A program made the translations under genes and the position numbers. The notes under the pieces were generated by a model, which had not been told where the DNA came from, did not search any database, and worked only from the letters and a program-made list of their open reading frames with translations. From the NCBI GenBank assembly GCA_003558085.1, contig PWMT01000058.1, positions 1 to 43,064 of the forward strand: 43,064 bases of DNA. The letters run 5' to 3'. Each line of letters begins with the position of its first letter. Position 1 is the first letter of the stretch. Of the stretch, positions 9,942 through 19,760 are shown piece after piece. This DNA comes from Methanobacteriaceae archaeon. GTDB taxonomy: Archaea > Methanobacteriota > Methanobacteria > Methanobacteriales > Methanobacteriaceae.

Positions 9942-10568
9942 TTATTGGCTGCTGCTACTTTTTACTGAATTATATCCCCTTTCGAAGGCTTTTTTATTGA
10001 TTTCTAATGTTTTTAAAGGTAGATTTTCATTCATAGCGTTAATTAAATCTTCTTTTTTTATAGGGAATTCTTTTATAGCTGCAGCAGCACCTAACATGAC
10101 CATATTCATGGATAGGATGTTTCCAGACTCTTCTGCTATTTTTTCAGCATTTAAAGTGAATAAGGTATTAGAATTAGATTTTATTTCGTCTACGATCATT
10201 TTTACATCTGGATACGGGTATTCACTATTTACTATATTGAAAGGCATTATAGGGGAAGTATTTACTACAAAGACTGTGTTCTTATTAGCTTTATTCATTA
10301 CCCTAAGTGCTTCTAAGGGTTCGAAAGAGATTAAAAGATCACTCTCACCTTCAGGAATTATAGAACTATTAGAGTTTCCAATTTTAAGTTCCGTGAAAAC
10401 CACTCCCCCTCTTTGAGCCATTCCATGAATTTCACTCATAACCACATTATAGCCGCTATTGATGGCAGCTTCTCCTAATATAATGGAAAATTTGATTATT
10501 CCCTGACCACCCACTCCTGATATGTAGATGTTATAGGAATCATTTTCTTTATCTCTTTTAAGAATCAC
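9942..10568 (-). CDS. iorB: Indolepyruvate:ferredoxin oxidoreductase beta subunit
   Basis: GVGGQG, SEIHGMAQRGG, FEPLEALR, NMVMLGA; GTGA overlap with the iorA stop. Confidence 0.93.
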   Translation of the reverse strand: MILKRDKENDSYNIYISGVGGQGIIKFSIILGEAAINSGYNVVMSEIHGMAQRGGVVFTELKIGNSNSSIIPEGESDLLISFEPLEALRVMNKANKNTVFVVNTSPIMPFNIVNSEYPYPDVKMIVDEIKSNSNTLFTLNAEKIAEESGNILSMNMVMLGAAAAIKEFPIKKEDLINAMNENLPLKTLEINKKAFERGYNSVKSSSSQ

Positions 10569-12460
10569 TTTATCACTTCTCCCCTAATTGCATTTTGAGG
10601 ACACATTTGAAGACATACTGTGCATGCCCTGCACTGAAAATTATCAATTTTAATGGTTCCATCATCCTTCTGATAAATAGAGGGGCAGCTGAGTTGATTA
10701 ATACAATTTCCACATTCATCACATTTTTCCTGATCAACTATTAATAATAAATTTTTAGGTTTAGTTCTGCTTTTAATTAACATGCAAGGATATTTGGATA
10801 TTATCACCGAGACTCCCTGCTCCTTTATTGCCTGTTCAAATAAGGGAATACTTTGTTTAAGATTCAATGGATTTATGGTTTCCACCATATCTGCCCCGGT
10901 AGCTGAGGCAATTTTTTCGATGGAAATTTCAGGGGCGGCCTCCCCCATACCATCTACCGGTAGTCCAGGATGCGGTTGGCCTCCAGTCATAGCTGTAGTG
11001 CGATTATCTAAAACCGTTAATACGAACTTATGTTTATTATGCACTGCATTGATTAAAGGGGGTATTCCAGCATGGAAAAAAGTAGAATCACCAATAAAAC
11101 AAACTATATTCTGATCTGTGGCTTTAGAAAAGCCGCAGCTAGCCCCAATACCAGAACCCATGGAAAGTAAATAATCACCGGCATTGTAAGGTGACTCAAT
11201 ACCCAAAGTATAACACCCAATATCAGTAGGGAATATCATATCTTGCTCATCAATTTCTAGATTTTCCATAGCTTTTTTAATAGCATAATAAGCAGCTCGA
11301 TGCGGACAACCTGAACAAAGAGTAGGGGGCCTTTTAGGTAATTTAAAATCCGTGGATAAACTTTTTTGTTCTGCTGAGATTTTATTATTTTCTTTATAAT
11401 TAGGTAAGACCTTCTTAAATGAGTTTCTAACCAGATCTGTATTGAATTCATAAATTAGGGGCAAAGTACCATCTAGTTTACCATGAACTTTTAGAGAAAT
11501 ATTCTGATTACCGATTAGGGCTAATACTTCTCTTTCCATGATAGGATCTACTTCCTCCACCATTACCACTCTATCTAGATCCTTTATAAATTCTAAAACC
11601 GTCTTTTCCGGGAAGGGATAAGTGAAAGCCAATTTTAAAACCGGGACAGGTAGCTCATCACTTTCCACTACATCCATTACGTAATTGAAGGCACTTCCAC
11701 TGGAAATAATTCCAAATTTGCTTTGCTCCATCTCATCAAGGTTATGTGTCTGATTTAGTGTAGAATCATTGCAGAGTTGCTTTATTTCATCTATTTTTTC
11801 TACTAGTTTTTTATGCATCACTCGGGCAGTGCTGGGAACCGGGACAAATTTAGGAGGATTTTTCTCAAAAAATCCCTTCTTTTCTATTTTAGGGATATCA
11901 TCCAACTCTACGATTCCTCGCATATGGGAAGTTCGGGTAGTGGTTCTCACTAAAACCGGAATGCCAAATTTTTCGGAAATACGGTAGGCTTCTTTCATGT
12001 ATTCTTTAATTTCATGAGGATTAGATGGTTCCAGTAAAGGCAGATTTGCTAAACGATTATAATGGCGAGTATCCTGCTCGTTTTGAGAAGAAAACATGGA
12101 TGGTTCATCTGCTACGAGAATAACCATACCCGCCCTCACTCCAGTATAAACTGCACTCATTAGAGAATCTGAAGCTACGTTAAGACCCACATGTTTCATG
12201 AAAGTAAATGATCGTAAACCTGAAGCTGCAGCAGCAGCAGCAACCTCTAAAGCCACCTTTTCATTAATGGAAAATTCGAAGTATAATCCCGCTTCTTTAG
12301 CTATTTTTGATAATTCATTTCCAATTTCAGAGGAAGGAGTTCCAGGATAGGTAGCTGCAATGGAAACACCTGCTTCTAATGCTCCTCTTACTGCAGCTTC
12401 ATTTCCCAGTAGAAATAGTTTTTCTCCTTTTTTTCCTTGAAATAATTGTTTAGGGTTCAT
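10565..12460 (-). CDS. iorA: Indolepyruvate:ferredoxin oxidoreductase alpha subunit
   Basis: LGNEA, YPGTPSSEI, MKHVGLNVA, SSQNEQD, RPPTLCSGCPHR, TPP motif GDSTFFH..DNRTTAMTG, C-terminal 2[4Fe-4S] domain. Confidence 0.95.
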   Translation of the reverse strand: MNPKQLFQGKKGEKLFLLGNEAAVRGALEAGVSIAATYPGTPSSEIGNELSKIAKEAGLYFEFSINEKVALEVAAAAAASGLRSFTFMKHVGLNVASDSLMSAVYTGVRAGMVILVADEPSMFSSQNEQDTRHYNRLANLPLLEPSNPHEIKEYMKEAYRISEKFGIPVLVRTTTRTSHMRGIVELDDIPKIEKKGFFEKNPPKFVPVPSTARVMHKKLVEKIDEIKQLCNDSTLNQTHNLDEMEQSKFGIISSGSAFNYVMDVVESDELPVPVLKLAFTYPFPEKTVLEFIKDLDRVVMVEEVDPIMEREVLALIGNQNISLKVHGKLDGTLPLIYEFNTDLVRNSFKKVLPNYKENNKISAEQKSLSTDFKLPKRPPTLCSGCPHRAAYYAIKKAMENLEIDEQDMIFPTDIGCYTLGIESPYNAGDYLLSMGSGIGASCGFSKATDQNIVCFIGDSTFFHAGIPPLINAVHNKHKFVLTVLDNRTTAMTGGQPHPGLPVDGMGEAAPEISIEKIASATGADMVETINPLNLKQSIPLFEQAIKEQGVSVIISKYPCMLIKSRTKPKNLLLIVDQEKCDECGNCINQLSCPSIYQKDDGTIKIDNFQCRACTVCLQMCPQNAIRGEVIK

Positions 12461-12500
12461 TTAATTCACCATATTTTTTTAATCATCTAAGGGTAACTAT

Positions 12501-12620
12501 ATCATTCTTAAATCCACTTAGAACAACCATAATCATTCTTAAAATACTTAGACGAATCATATCCACTTAGAACAACCATAATCATTCTTAAAATACTTAG
12601 AGGAACTATATCCTCTAAGA
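12501..12620. repeat. Composite tandem/direct repeat upstream of iorA
   Basis: 41-bp ATCCACTTAGAACAACCATAATCATTCTTAAAATACTTAGA at 12512-12552 and 12561-12601, with partial copies on both flanks. Confidence 0.85.
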
Positions 12621-12850
12621 ACTAATAATACTCTCTATTAATTTTTTTAAAATGCTTTTGAACTTGAAATTTAATACTTGAATTATAAAAGAGTTTAATA
12701 AAACTTTAAAAATATCTACTAATAGATGCTTTTTCTTAGGTTGAATTTACCTCCTAATTAAATCTTTTTATCAATTGTATTTATTAATTATTATAAATAT
12801 GATGATTATAAACAAAATTAGTAACTAATTCAGAATCAGGGATCCTATTC

Positions 12851-13585
12851 TTAGTCCAAATGGCATTCAAGTTCTAAAATCTGATTCAGGCCCCATAAAT
12901 TCAATATTTTTATTAAAGCATCGGCATGTCCCTTGGAATTAAAAATATCATGTTTTGATATTATTTGAGTAATTTTCATCCCTAGTCCATATTCCGGAGG
13001 AAAATTTTGTTTAAACGCGTTTATAAAATCTTTTAATCGCTTTTGATGAGATTTATCTAATTTAAAATATTCTAGAAAAGCCCAAGCTATAACCAGACGA
13101 CTGGTTTTGAAAATCTGGTGAAAAAGCTGATCCCCGGAATAAGGGGAATATATATTTTCTCCTTTTAAGGCAGCTTCAGTTTCTCGTATAACTGAGGGAA
13201 TGTACTCTGATCCATAAGGAGGAAAGCCATTATCTTCAATTATTTTATTAACTACGATATCATCCAGCATGGTAAAAACTAATCTGCTATTTTTGATTAA
13301 TTGATCTGATAAGTTTTTATGAAATCGGGGACGGCAATATCCTTTTTTAAAGATCAACAATCCATGTGTGGCTTCATGAGCAATAGATCTAACCATGTCA
13401 CATTCAAAGCGAGGCACACCTGCTTTGATGATGATTATGATAAAGTGCGGATCATATCTAAAAGCAGAAAGCATGCCTTTAATCCCTAGATTATTACTTT
13501 CAACTATTTTTATGGGTTTAGAGGTTTCACGTTCTACTTTCTCTAAATATGACTCTAAACGGCTGGATAATTGATTAGTGGACAT
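12851..13585 (-). CDS. Hypothetical HExxH (zincin-like) metallopeptidase
   Basis: RSIAHEATHGLL preceded by a hydrophobic beta strand (HFIIIIIK); downstream LDD could supply the third ligand. Confidence 0.6.
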   Translation of the reverse strand: MSTNQLSSRLESYLEKVERETSKPIKIVESNNLGIKGMLSAFRYDPHFIIIIIKAGVPRFECDMVRSIAHEATHGLLIFKKGYCRPRFHKNLSDQLIKNSRLVFTMLDDIVVNKIIEDNGFPPYGSEYIPSVIRETEAALKGENIYSPYSGDQLFHQIFKTSRLVIAWAFLEYFKLDKSHQKRLKDFINAFKQNFPPEYGLGMKITQIISKHDIFNSKGHADALIKILNLWGLNQILELECHLD

Positions 13586-13897
13586 TTTACTTCAGATTTA
13601 AAACAGTTGCAAATAGATTTTATATATAAATTGATATAATAAATTAATATTGATAAACTTATTCTTAATTTATTTAAAAAAAATTTAACTATAGATTTAA
13701 AGAATATAGTAAGGAAGTGCTATAAGCTGTAGGATGAAAATGAACTTATAATGATATGATCCTAAAAAATGTAATGGTTAATTACTGGGGAGAATAAGCA
13801 GAGTAAGTTTTAATCAGCCCATAACGGAAGGCTACTCTTTTCAGTGGATTATTATTTTATAAAATATAATTATATGAATATTTACAACGGAGATAGA

Positions 13898-15391
13898 ATG
13901 ATTACCATTAAAGTATTGAGATTTGATCCAGAACAGGACCAAGAGCCTTATATTGAAACTTATGAAATTGATAAGAAAGAAAAAATGAAGGTATTAGATG
14001 CTCTCAATGAAATCAATGAAAAATATCAGGCCAACTTGGGTTTTAGAAGTTCCTGTAGAGCAGGCCAGTGTGGTTCATGTGCACTTAAAATGAATAAAGA
14101 TGTGGTTTTAGACTGCAAAGAAGAAATTGAAGATGGTGCATTGATTGAACCATTGGATTTCCTGGTGATTAAAGATTTAGTCATAGATAGAACCGAAATA
14201 GATGAAAGGATCAGGGGTATGCAATTATTTTTAGAGAGGGGTTGTGATGGTGCAACCTGCCCGGAACTAATAATTCCCTCCTCTTCAGCTGACAGTAAAA
14301 AATTAAGAGGATGTATTGAATGTTTTTCATGTTTATCTGCTTGCCCGGTGATAAAAGAAAGTGATGAATATGCTGGACCATATTTTATGCGTTATTTATC
14401 TAAATTCGCATTAGATCCTAGAGATAAAGGTGATCGTGAAGAGAAAGCTTTACTAGAAGGACTATATGATTGTACCACTTGTGGTAAGTGTGCTGAAGTC
14501 TGCCCCAAAGAAGTGAGCATTCCTGGAGATGCTATAGAAAAATTAAGAGCTCTGGCATATGAAAAAGATGTAGGTCCCTTGGATGCGCATCGTGCCGTTA
14601 AAGAACTGGTTGATAAAACTGGTAGATCTGTAGAAGCTCCTTTAGAAAGTTTCATTGAAGCAGTAAATAAAGCCAAATCTAAAACAGATCCGGGAAAAAT
14701 TGCCTTCTTCACTGGTTGTATGGTGGACTATCGGATACCAGATGTGGGTTTTGCCTTATTAAATGTATTAAAAGAAAATGATATCGACGTGATCGTCCCG
14801 GAAGACCAAGTTTGTTGTGGATCTCCCTTGATTAGAACCGGACAGAGGGATGTGGTAGAAAAACTGGTTGCACAAAACCAGGAGGTATTTAAAAATTATG
14901 ATACCATTATAACTGTCTGTGCAGGATGTGGTGCCACCCTCAAAAATGATTATCCTAAGTATGGAGTACATTTCAATGTATTGGATATCAGTGAATTTTT
15001 AATGGAAAATCTTGATCCTGAAAAACTGCAGCCACTACCCCTGCGAGTCACATTCCATGACCCCTGCCATCTCTCCCGAAGTCAAGGAATAACTGAAGAA
15101 CCCCGGAAGATTCTAAGTAAAATTAAAGGATTAGAATTAATAGAAATGGATGAACCAAATCAGTGCTGTGGTGCCGGTGGTGGAGTAAAAGCTGGTCGGC
15201 CTGAAGTAGCCTATAAATTAGGTAAGAAAAAGGCAGAGATGATTAAAAAGTTAAATGTAGATGCCGTGATTAGTATATGTCCATTCTGCCAATATCATAT
15301 TCAGGATAGTCTGCAAAAGGAAGGAATAGATAATATCAAAGTTATGAACATATTAGAACTTCTGGACCTGGCATATAAAGGCGAAGCTTGA
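13898..15391 (+). CDS. tfrB: Thiol:fumarate reductase (CoM/CoB) subunit B
   Basis: SdhB-like SCRAGQCGSC, two 4Fe-4S motifs, two CCG domains (FFTGC..QVCCG; FHDPCH..QCCGAGGG). Start ATG 13898 after GGAGA. Confidence 0.92.
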   Translation: MITIKVLRFDPEQDQEPYIETYEIDKKEKMKVLDALNEINEKYQANLGFRSSCRAGQCGSCALKMNKDVVLDCKEEIEDGALIEPLDFLVIKDLVIDRTEIDERIRGMQLFLERGCDGATCPELIIPSSSADSKKLRGCIECFSCLSACPVIKESDEYAGPYFMRYLSKFALDPRDKGDREEKALLEGLYDCTTCGKCAEVCPKEVSIPGDAIEKLRALAYEKDVGPLDAHRAVKELVDKTGRSVEAPLESFIEAVNKAKSKTDPGKIAFFTGCMVDYRIPDVGFALLNVLKENDIDVIVPEDQVCCGSPLIRTGQRDVVEKLVAQNQEVFKNYDTIITVCAGCGATLKNDYPKYGVHFNVLDISEFLMENLDPEKLQPLPLRVTFHDPCHLSRSQGITEEPRKILSKIKGLELIEMDEPNQCCGAGGGVKAGRPEVAYKLGKKKAEMIKKLNVDAVISICPFCQYHIQDSLQKEGIDNIKVMNILELLDLAYKGEA

Positions 15392-15487
15392 GATTTTAAT
15401 TGATTAAGATCTCCTAAAAGATTATGCTGAAATAAAATCTCATAAAAACCCTAAAAGATTATAATTAAACTATAAATTGCTGATAAT

Positions 15488-16204
15488 ATGGATGTAGAAA
15501 GTTTTTTAGCCAATATTTACGTGGTATTTGTAGAAGCAGAGACTCCAGGAAATGTTGGTTTTTTAGCTAGAAGCATGAAAAATTTTGGCCTGGAAAAACT
15601 TATATTAATTAATCCCTGTAAATTAACCAAGGAAGCATACTTCCAGGCTAGTCATGCCCAGGATTTGGTAAAAAATAGTGTTAAGTTTGAATCTTTAGCT
15701 AAATTTTTAGAGAAGCAAGATGTGGACTTTGTAGTGGGAACAACAGGTATGCCTGGTGGAAGTTATCGGCTGGCCAGAATACCAATTAAACCAGAAAAAC
15801 TGGCAAATAATCTTAAAATTAAGGGTAAGATAGCAATTTTATTTGGAAGAGAAGGTAATGGATTATCTAACCAGGAAATTGAATTATGTGACACTATAGT
15901 CAGCATACCCACCCACACTTCCTATCCAGTGATGAACATATCCCATGCAGCCGCCATAATTTTTTATGAATTATTTAAAAATATAAATGAATTCGATTTA
16001 GAGGGATTAGAAGAAGCTTCCCTATTAGAAAAGAACTATTTATTGGGAGAAATGGATGAAATTACTTCTAAAATGGGTCTTCCCCCCCATAAAATTAAAA
16101 CTTCTCGGAAAGCATTTAAAAATATTATTGGTAGATCCTTTATAACCGGTAGAGAAGCTCATACCTTAAAGGGACTTTTTAGAAGAATGAGAATGAAATT
16201 GTAA
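15488..16204 (+). CDS. trmJ: SPOUT tRNA methyltransferase, TrmJ/TrmH family
   Basis: PGNVGFLARSMKNFG, LFGREGNGLSNQE, YPVMNISHAA. Confidence 0.88.
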   Translation: MDVESFLANIYVVFVEAETPGNVGFLARSMKNFGLEKLILINPCKLTKEAYFQASHAQDLVKNSVKFESLAKFLEKQDVDFVVGTTGMPGGSYRLARIPIKPEKLANNLKIKGKIAILFGREGNGLSNQEIELCDTIVSIPTHTSYPVMNISHAAAIIFYELFKNINEFDLEGLEEASLLEKNYLLGEMDEITSKMGLPPHKIKTSRKAFKNIIGRSFITGREAHTLKGLFRRMRMKL

Positions 16205-16216
16205 TAGGAGAATAAA

Positions 16217-17359
16217 ATGTTATTTGATTGGAGCCCCTTAACCATACTGGGAATACTGGCCTTTTTTCTTTTGATTTTAATTTTGCCCACGCTGATGCGA
16301 ATGCGTCTAATCGCCTCACTGAGTAAAACTATTCTAGAACTGGAAGAAATGGTTAAAGAATCTAAAATGATTTTAATCCATACCTCCCAGGAAAAAGGTA
16401 AGGCTGCGCAAAATTCCCAGATTGCCATTGAAAATTTTTTAGAATTTTTTATCGTGCCTCCGGTGGATATGGATCCTGCAGGTATAGTGGAAAAATTTGA
16501 TAAGATATTGGAAATGGGTGAAGAACGTTTCCAGGAAATGGCCAATATTATCGTTCCCCAAGCAGACTCAGAAATAAAATCAAATATTATAATGACTTTA
16601 AAGGCCAGTATTGGTCTTAATAATGTAGTTAAACATATGAGGCATCATTTAGAATTGGCCCGGAAAACAGGGAATATACAATTACTTTTTGCTCTGCAAA
16701 TGAATCTTGCTATTATTTTGAGATTGATAAAAGCACAATTTGAAAGTGTTAAAAGTTTCGCCGAAGGTGTTCCTATTGGAGATGGTGTAGGTCCGTTAAT
16801 AGCGAGTTTAATGATGAGAGAAGATAAAAATGGTGATTTGGAGCATGAAGAAGATATTGTAATGCTAAAAAAAGAGTTTAAAAATCGGGAATTAATTATA
16901 TTAAGATCTAAAGGACCCGGCGCCCGTATAGGTAAATTAAGTAAAATTGTGCCTCCATTAATCGATAAACAGCAAATAGATCAGATTATAACCATTGATG
17001 CTGCCGCTAAGTTAGAAGGTGAAAAAACCGGTAAAGTAGCTGAAGGTATTGGAGTGGTAATTGGAGGTCTAGGTATTGATAAATGGTTTTTAGAGGAAAA
17101 ATCGATTAAAGAAGATCTTAGAATGAATGCAATAATTATAAAAATGAGTCCAGAAGAAGCTATAACGCCCATGAGCCCTAAAATTTTAAATAGTTCCAAA
17201 AAAGCATTACAGATCCTAGAAAAGTCCATAATGAGAACACCAGAAAACTCCCGTATATTGATTATCGGGGTAGGTAATAGTTGTGGTATCCCCAATATTG
17301 TTAGTGATCCTTCCCAGATAGAAGTAAAAAAAGAAGATGATAAAAATAAGCAGAGATGA
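16217..17359 (+). CDS. DUF1512 family membrane-anchored protein
   Basis: N-terminal TM helix, PVDMDPAGIV, PIGDGVGP, IDAAAKLEGEKTG, IIGVGN. Confidence 0.8.
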   Translation: MLFDWSPLTILGILAFFLLILILPTLMRMRLIASLSKTILELEEMVKESKMILIHTSQEKGKAAQNSQIAIENFLEFFIVPPVDMDPAGIVEKFDKILEMGEERFQEMANIIVPQADSEIKSNIIMTLKASIGLNNVVKHMRHHLELARKTGNIQLLFALQMNLAIILRLIKAQFESVKSFAEGVPIGDGVGPLIASLMMREDKNGDLEHEEDIVMLKKEFKNRELIILRSKGPGARIGKLSKIVPPLIDKQQIDQIITIDAAAKLEGEKTGKVAEGIGVVIGGLGIDKWFLEEKSIKEDLRMNAIIIKMSPEEAITPMSPKILNSSKKALQILEKSIMRTPENSRILIIGVGNSCGIPNIVSDPSQIEVKKEDDKNKQR

Positions 17360-17365
17360 TAATAA

Positions 17366-17956
17366 ATGGCCATCCTTAGTGATCGAGATATCGAAAAATA
17401 TTTAGCAGAAGGACTAATTATTATCGATCCTTTAATCAACCCAGAAAAACAAATACAACCCTCTTCAGTAGATTTAAGAATGGGTAATGAATTTAAAAGT
17501 TTTCGTATAGTCAGAAAGCCTTTTATTGACCCTATGGATAAATCTGATATTGAATCTTATATGGAATCAATTCATATCAAAGAAGGAGAATCATTCATCA
17601 TCCATCCTGGAGAATTTGCTTTAGCTACCACTTATGAAACTGTGAAAATTCCAGCAAATCTGGTAGCAAGGGTGGAAGGCCGGTCTTCCATGGGGAGGCT
17701 GGGAATAACCATGCACGTAACTGCCGGGTATATTGATCCTGGATTCATGGGAAAGATTACCCTGGAAATCTCCAATATTGGTAAAATGCCTGTCGCCCTA
17801 TATCCTGGTCAAAGGGTTTGTCAAATCGTATTTGAAACCATGACTTCCCCTTCACTAAAACCCTATGGACACCCTGATCGAGATAGTAAATATATGAATC
17901 AGCAGAAACCAGAAACTAGCCGAATTAAATATGATTATGAATTGAATAATCCCTAA
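17366..17956 (+). CDS. dcd: dCTP deaminase
   Basis: ILSDRDI, IQPSSVDL, EGRSSMGRLG, AGYIDPGF, CQIVFE. Confidence 0.95.
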   Translation: MAILSDRDIEKYLAEGLIIIDPLINPEKQIQPSSVDLRMGNEFKSFRIVRKPFIDPMDKSDIESYMESIHIKEGESFIIHPGEFALATTYETVKIPANLVARVEGRSSMGRLGITMHVTAGYIDPGFMGKITLEISNIGKMPVALYPGQRVCQIVFETMTSPSLKPYGHPDRDSKYMNQQKPETSRIKYDYELNNP

Positions 17957-18020
17957 ATTAGTTTTTCAATATTTCACTGTTACTGAATAAAAATTTAACT
18001 ATTACTATGGAGATGATCAA

Positions 18021-19760
18021 ATGAAGCATGATCAAATGATGAATGTTGCTAAAAAAAGAGGATTTCTATGGTCTTCATTTGAAATTTACTCCGGAGTAGC
18101 CGGATTTGTAGATTATGGCCCATTAGGAGCTATCCTTAAAAATAATATCATGGATAAATGGAGAAAATATTATGTAGTAAGAGAAGGGTTTTATGAAATT
18201 GAATCCCCTACTATTATGCCTGAAGAAGCATTGAAAGCATCAGGCCATGTAGATCATTTTAATGATCCTATGACTGAATGTAAAGAATGTATGGACGTTT
18301 ATCGAGCAGATCATATTATAGAAGAATTTACAGGAGAGGACGTAGAGGGTTTAGAAAATCAGAAGTTAACTGAAATCATATCCCAGAATAAGATTCGATG
18401 CCCGCGATGTAATGGTCACTTTAATAAGGTCTGGAGTTATAATTTAATGTTTCAAACCTTAATTGGAGCTAAAGGCAAAAAAATAGGTTATATGCGTCCT
18501 GAAACTGCACAAGGAATATTCATACCCTTTAAACGTCTTTTAAGATTCTTCCGTAATAAGTTACCCTTTGGAGTGGTGCAACTTGGTAAAGCCTATCGTA
18601 ATGAGATATCTCCTCGGCAAGGGGTTATAAGGTTACGTGAATTCACGCAGGCTGAAGCAGAAATATTTGTAAACCCCCAAGATAAAAGCCATCCCTACTT
18701 TCCTAAAATTAGAGATGAAAAATTAAACCTGTATCCTGCAGTTAATCAAATGGATAAGAAAGAAGTTTTAACCATATCTGCCCAGGAAGCACTTGGAAAA
18801 AGTTTAGTATCCAGTGAGTTACTGCTCTACCATTTATATCTTGCTCAAAAATTTTTAAAAGAATTAGGCATACCTGATCATGCATTAAGATTCCGCCAGC
18901 ATCTACCCACGGAAATGGCGCATTATGCCATAGATTGTTGGGATGTGGAAGTAAAAACTGATCGCTATGGTTGGATTGAAATTATAGGAATAGCAGATAG
19001 AGCTGATTATGATTTAAAATCCCATAGTGGATACAGTTCTGAGGATTTAAAAGTATTTATAGAATATTCAGAGCCGATTTCAGTGGAAAAGACCCTTATA
19101 AAGGCTAACATGTCTAAGGTTGGACCGGTATTTAAAAACGATGCTCCTAAAATAATTAAAATTTTAGAGGAAGTTGATGCTGCAGAAGTTGAAAAATCTT
19201 TTAATGAGCAGGGATTTTTTGAAATAGAGTTAGAAACTAAACATCGAATCTTACCAGAACATGTGGAATTTGAGAAAGTTCATGAAACTATAAGGGGTGA
19301 GAAAATATTCCCCCATGTGATAGAACCTTCCTTTGGAATCGATCGTATCGTCTATTCTGTATTATTGCATTGTTATAGGGAAGAAGACGAAAAAACTTAT
19401 TTCCAATTCTCCAGAGACATAGCCCCGGTAGAAATAAGTGTTTTTCCACTTTTAAATCAGGATGATCTAAACCATATAGCTCTAGAAATTAAGGACCATC
19501 TAAGAAAATTAGGATTTATTGCAGAATATGATTCTTCAGGAACTATAGGGCGTCGATATGCACGATCAGATGAAATAGGTGTTCCTTTTGCCATAACCGT
19601 CGACCATCAAACCCTGGAAGATGATACCGTTACCCTAAGAAATAGAGATGATTCAAAACAAGTAAGAATACCTATTGCTGATATTGAACAGATTTCAGCT
19701 GATCTAAAAAAATTTAAAATAGAATTTGAAAATTTAAAATCCGCTGATAAGGGATTATAA
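18021..19760 (+). CDS. glyS: Glycine--tRNA ligase (archaeal/eukaryotic type)
   Basis: DYGPLG, ASGHVDHF, RPETAQG, RNEISPR, EPSFGIDR, C-terminal anticodon-binding domain. Confidence 0.97.
   Translation: MKHDQMMNVAKKRGFLWSSFEIYSGVAGFVDYGPLGAILKNNIMDKWRKYYVVREGFYEIESPTIMPEEALKASGHVDHFNDPMTECKECMDVYRADHIIEEFTGEDVEGLENQKLTEIISQNKIRCPRCNGHFNKVWSYNLMFQTLIGAKGKKIGYMRPETAQGIFIPFKRLLRFFRNKLPFGVVQLGKAYRNEISPRQGVIRLREFTQAEAEIFVNPQDKSHPYFPKIRDEKLNLYPAVNQMDKKEVLTISAQEALGKSLVSSELLLYHLYLAQKFLKELGIPDHALRFRQHLPTEMAHYAIDCWDVEVKTDRYGWIEIIGIADRADYDLKSHSGYSSEDLKVFIEYSEPISVEKTLIKANMSKVGPVFKNDAPKIIKILEEVDAAEVEKSFNEQGFFEIELETKHRILPEHVEFEKVHETIRGEKIFPHVIEPSFGIDRIVYSVLLHCYREEDEKTYFQFSRDIAPVEISVFPLLNQDDLNHIALEIKDHLRKLGFIAEYDSSGTIGRRYARSDEIGVPFAITVDHQTLEDDTVTLRNRDDSKQVRIPIADIEQISADLKKFKIEFENLKSADKGL

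Noticed and set aside
12501-12620. Possible mini-CRISPR array
   Set aside because: Only two full 41-bp copies, 8 nt apart; no unique 30-40-nt spacers and no cas genes.
12748-12757. Strong AGGAGGT RBS-like motif on - strand
   Set aside because: No start codon or credible ORF at a suitable distance.
13800-13838. Stem-loop upstream of tfrB, SECIS- or H/ACA-like
   Set aside because: GAA lies on the wrong arm for an archaeal SECIS, there is no ACA box, and tfrB has no in-frame UGA.
13898-15391. tfrB without adjacent tfrA
   Set aside because: Unlinked tfrA and tfrB is, to my knowledge, normal in these methanogens.
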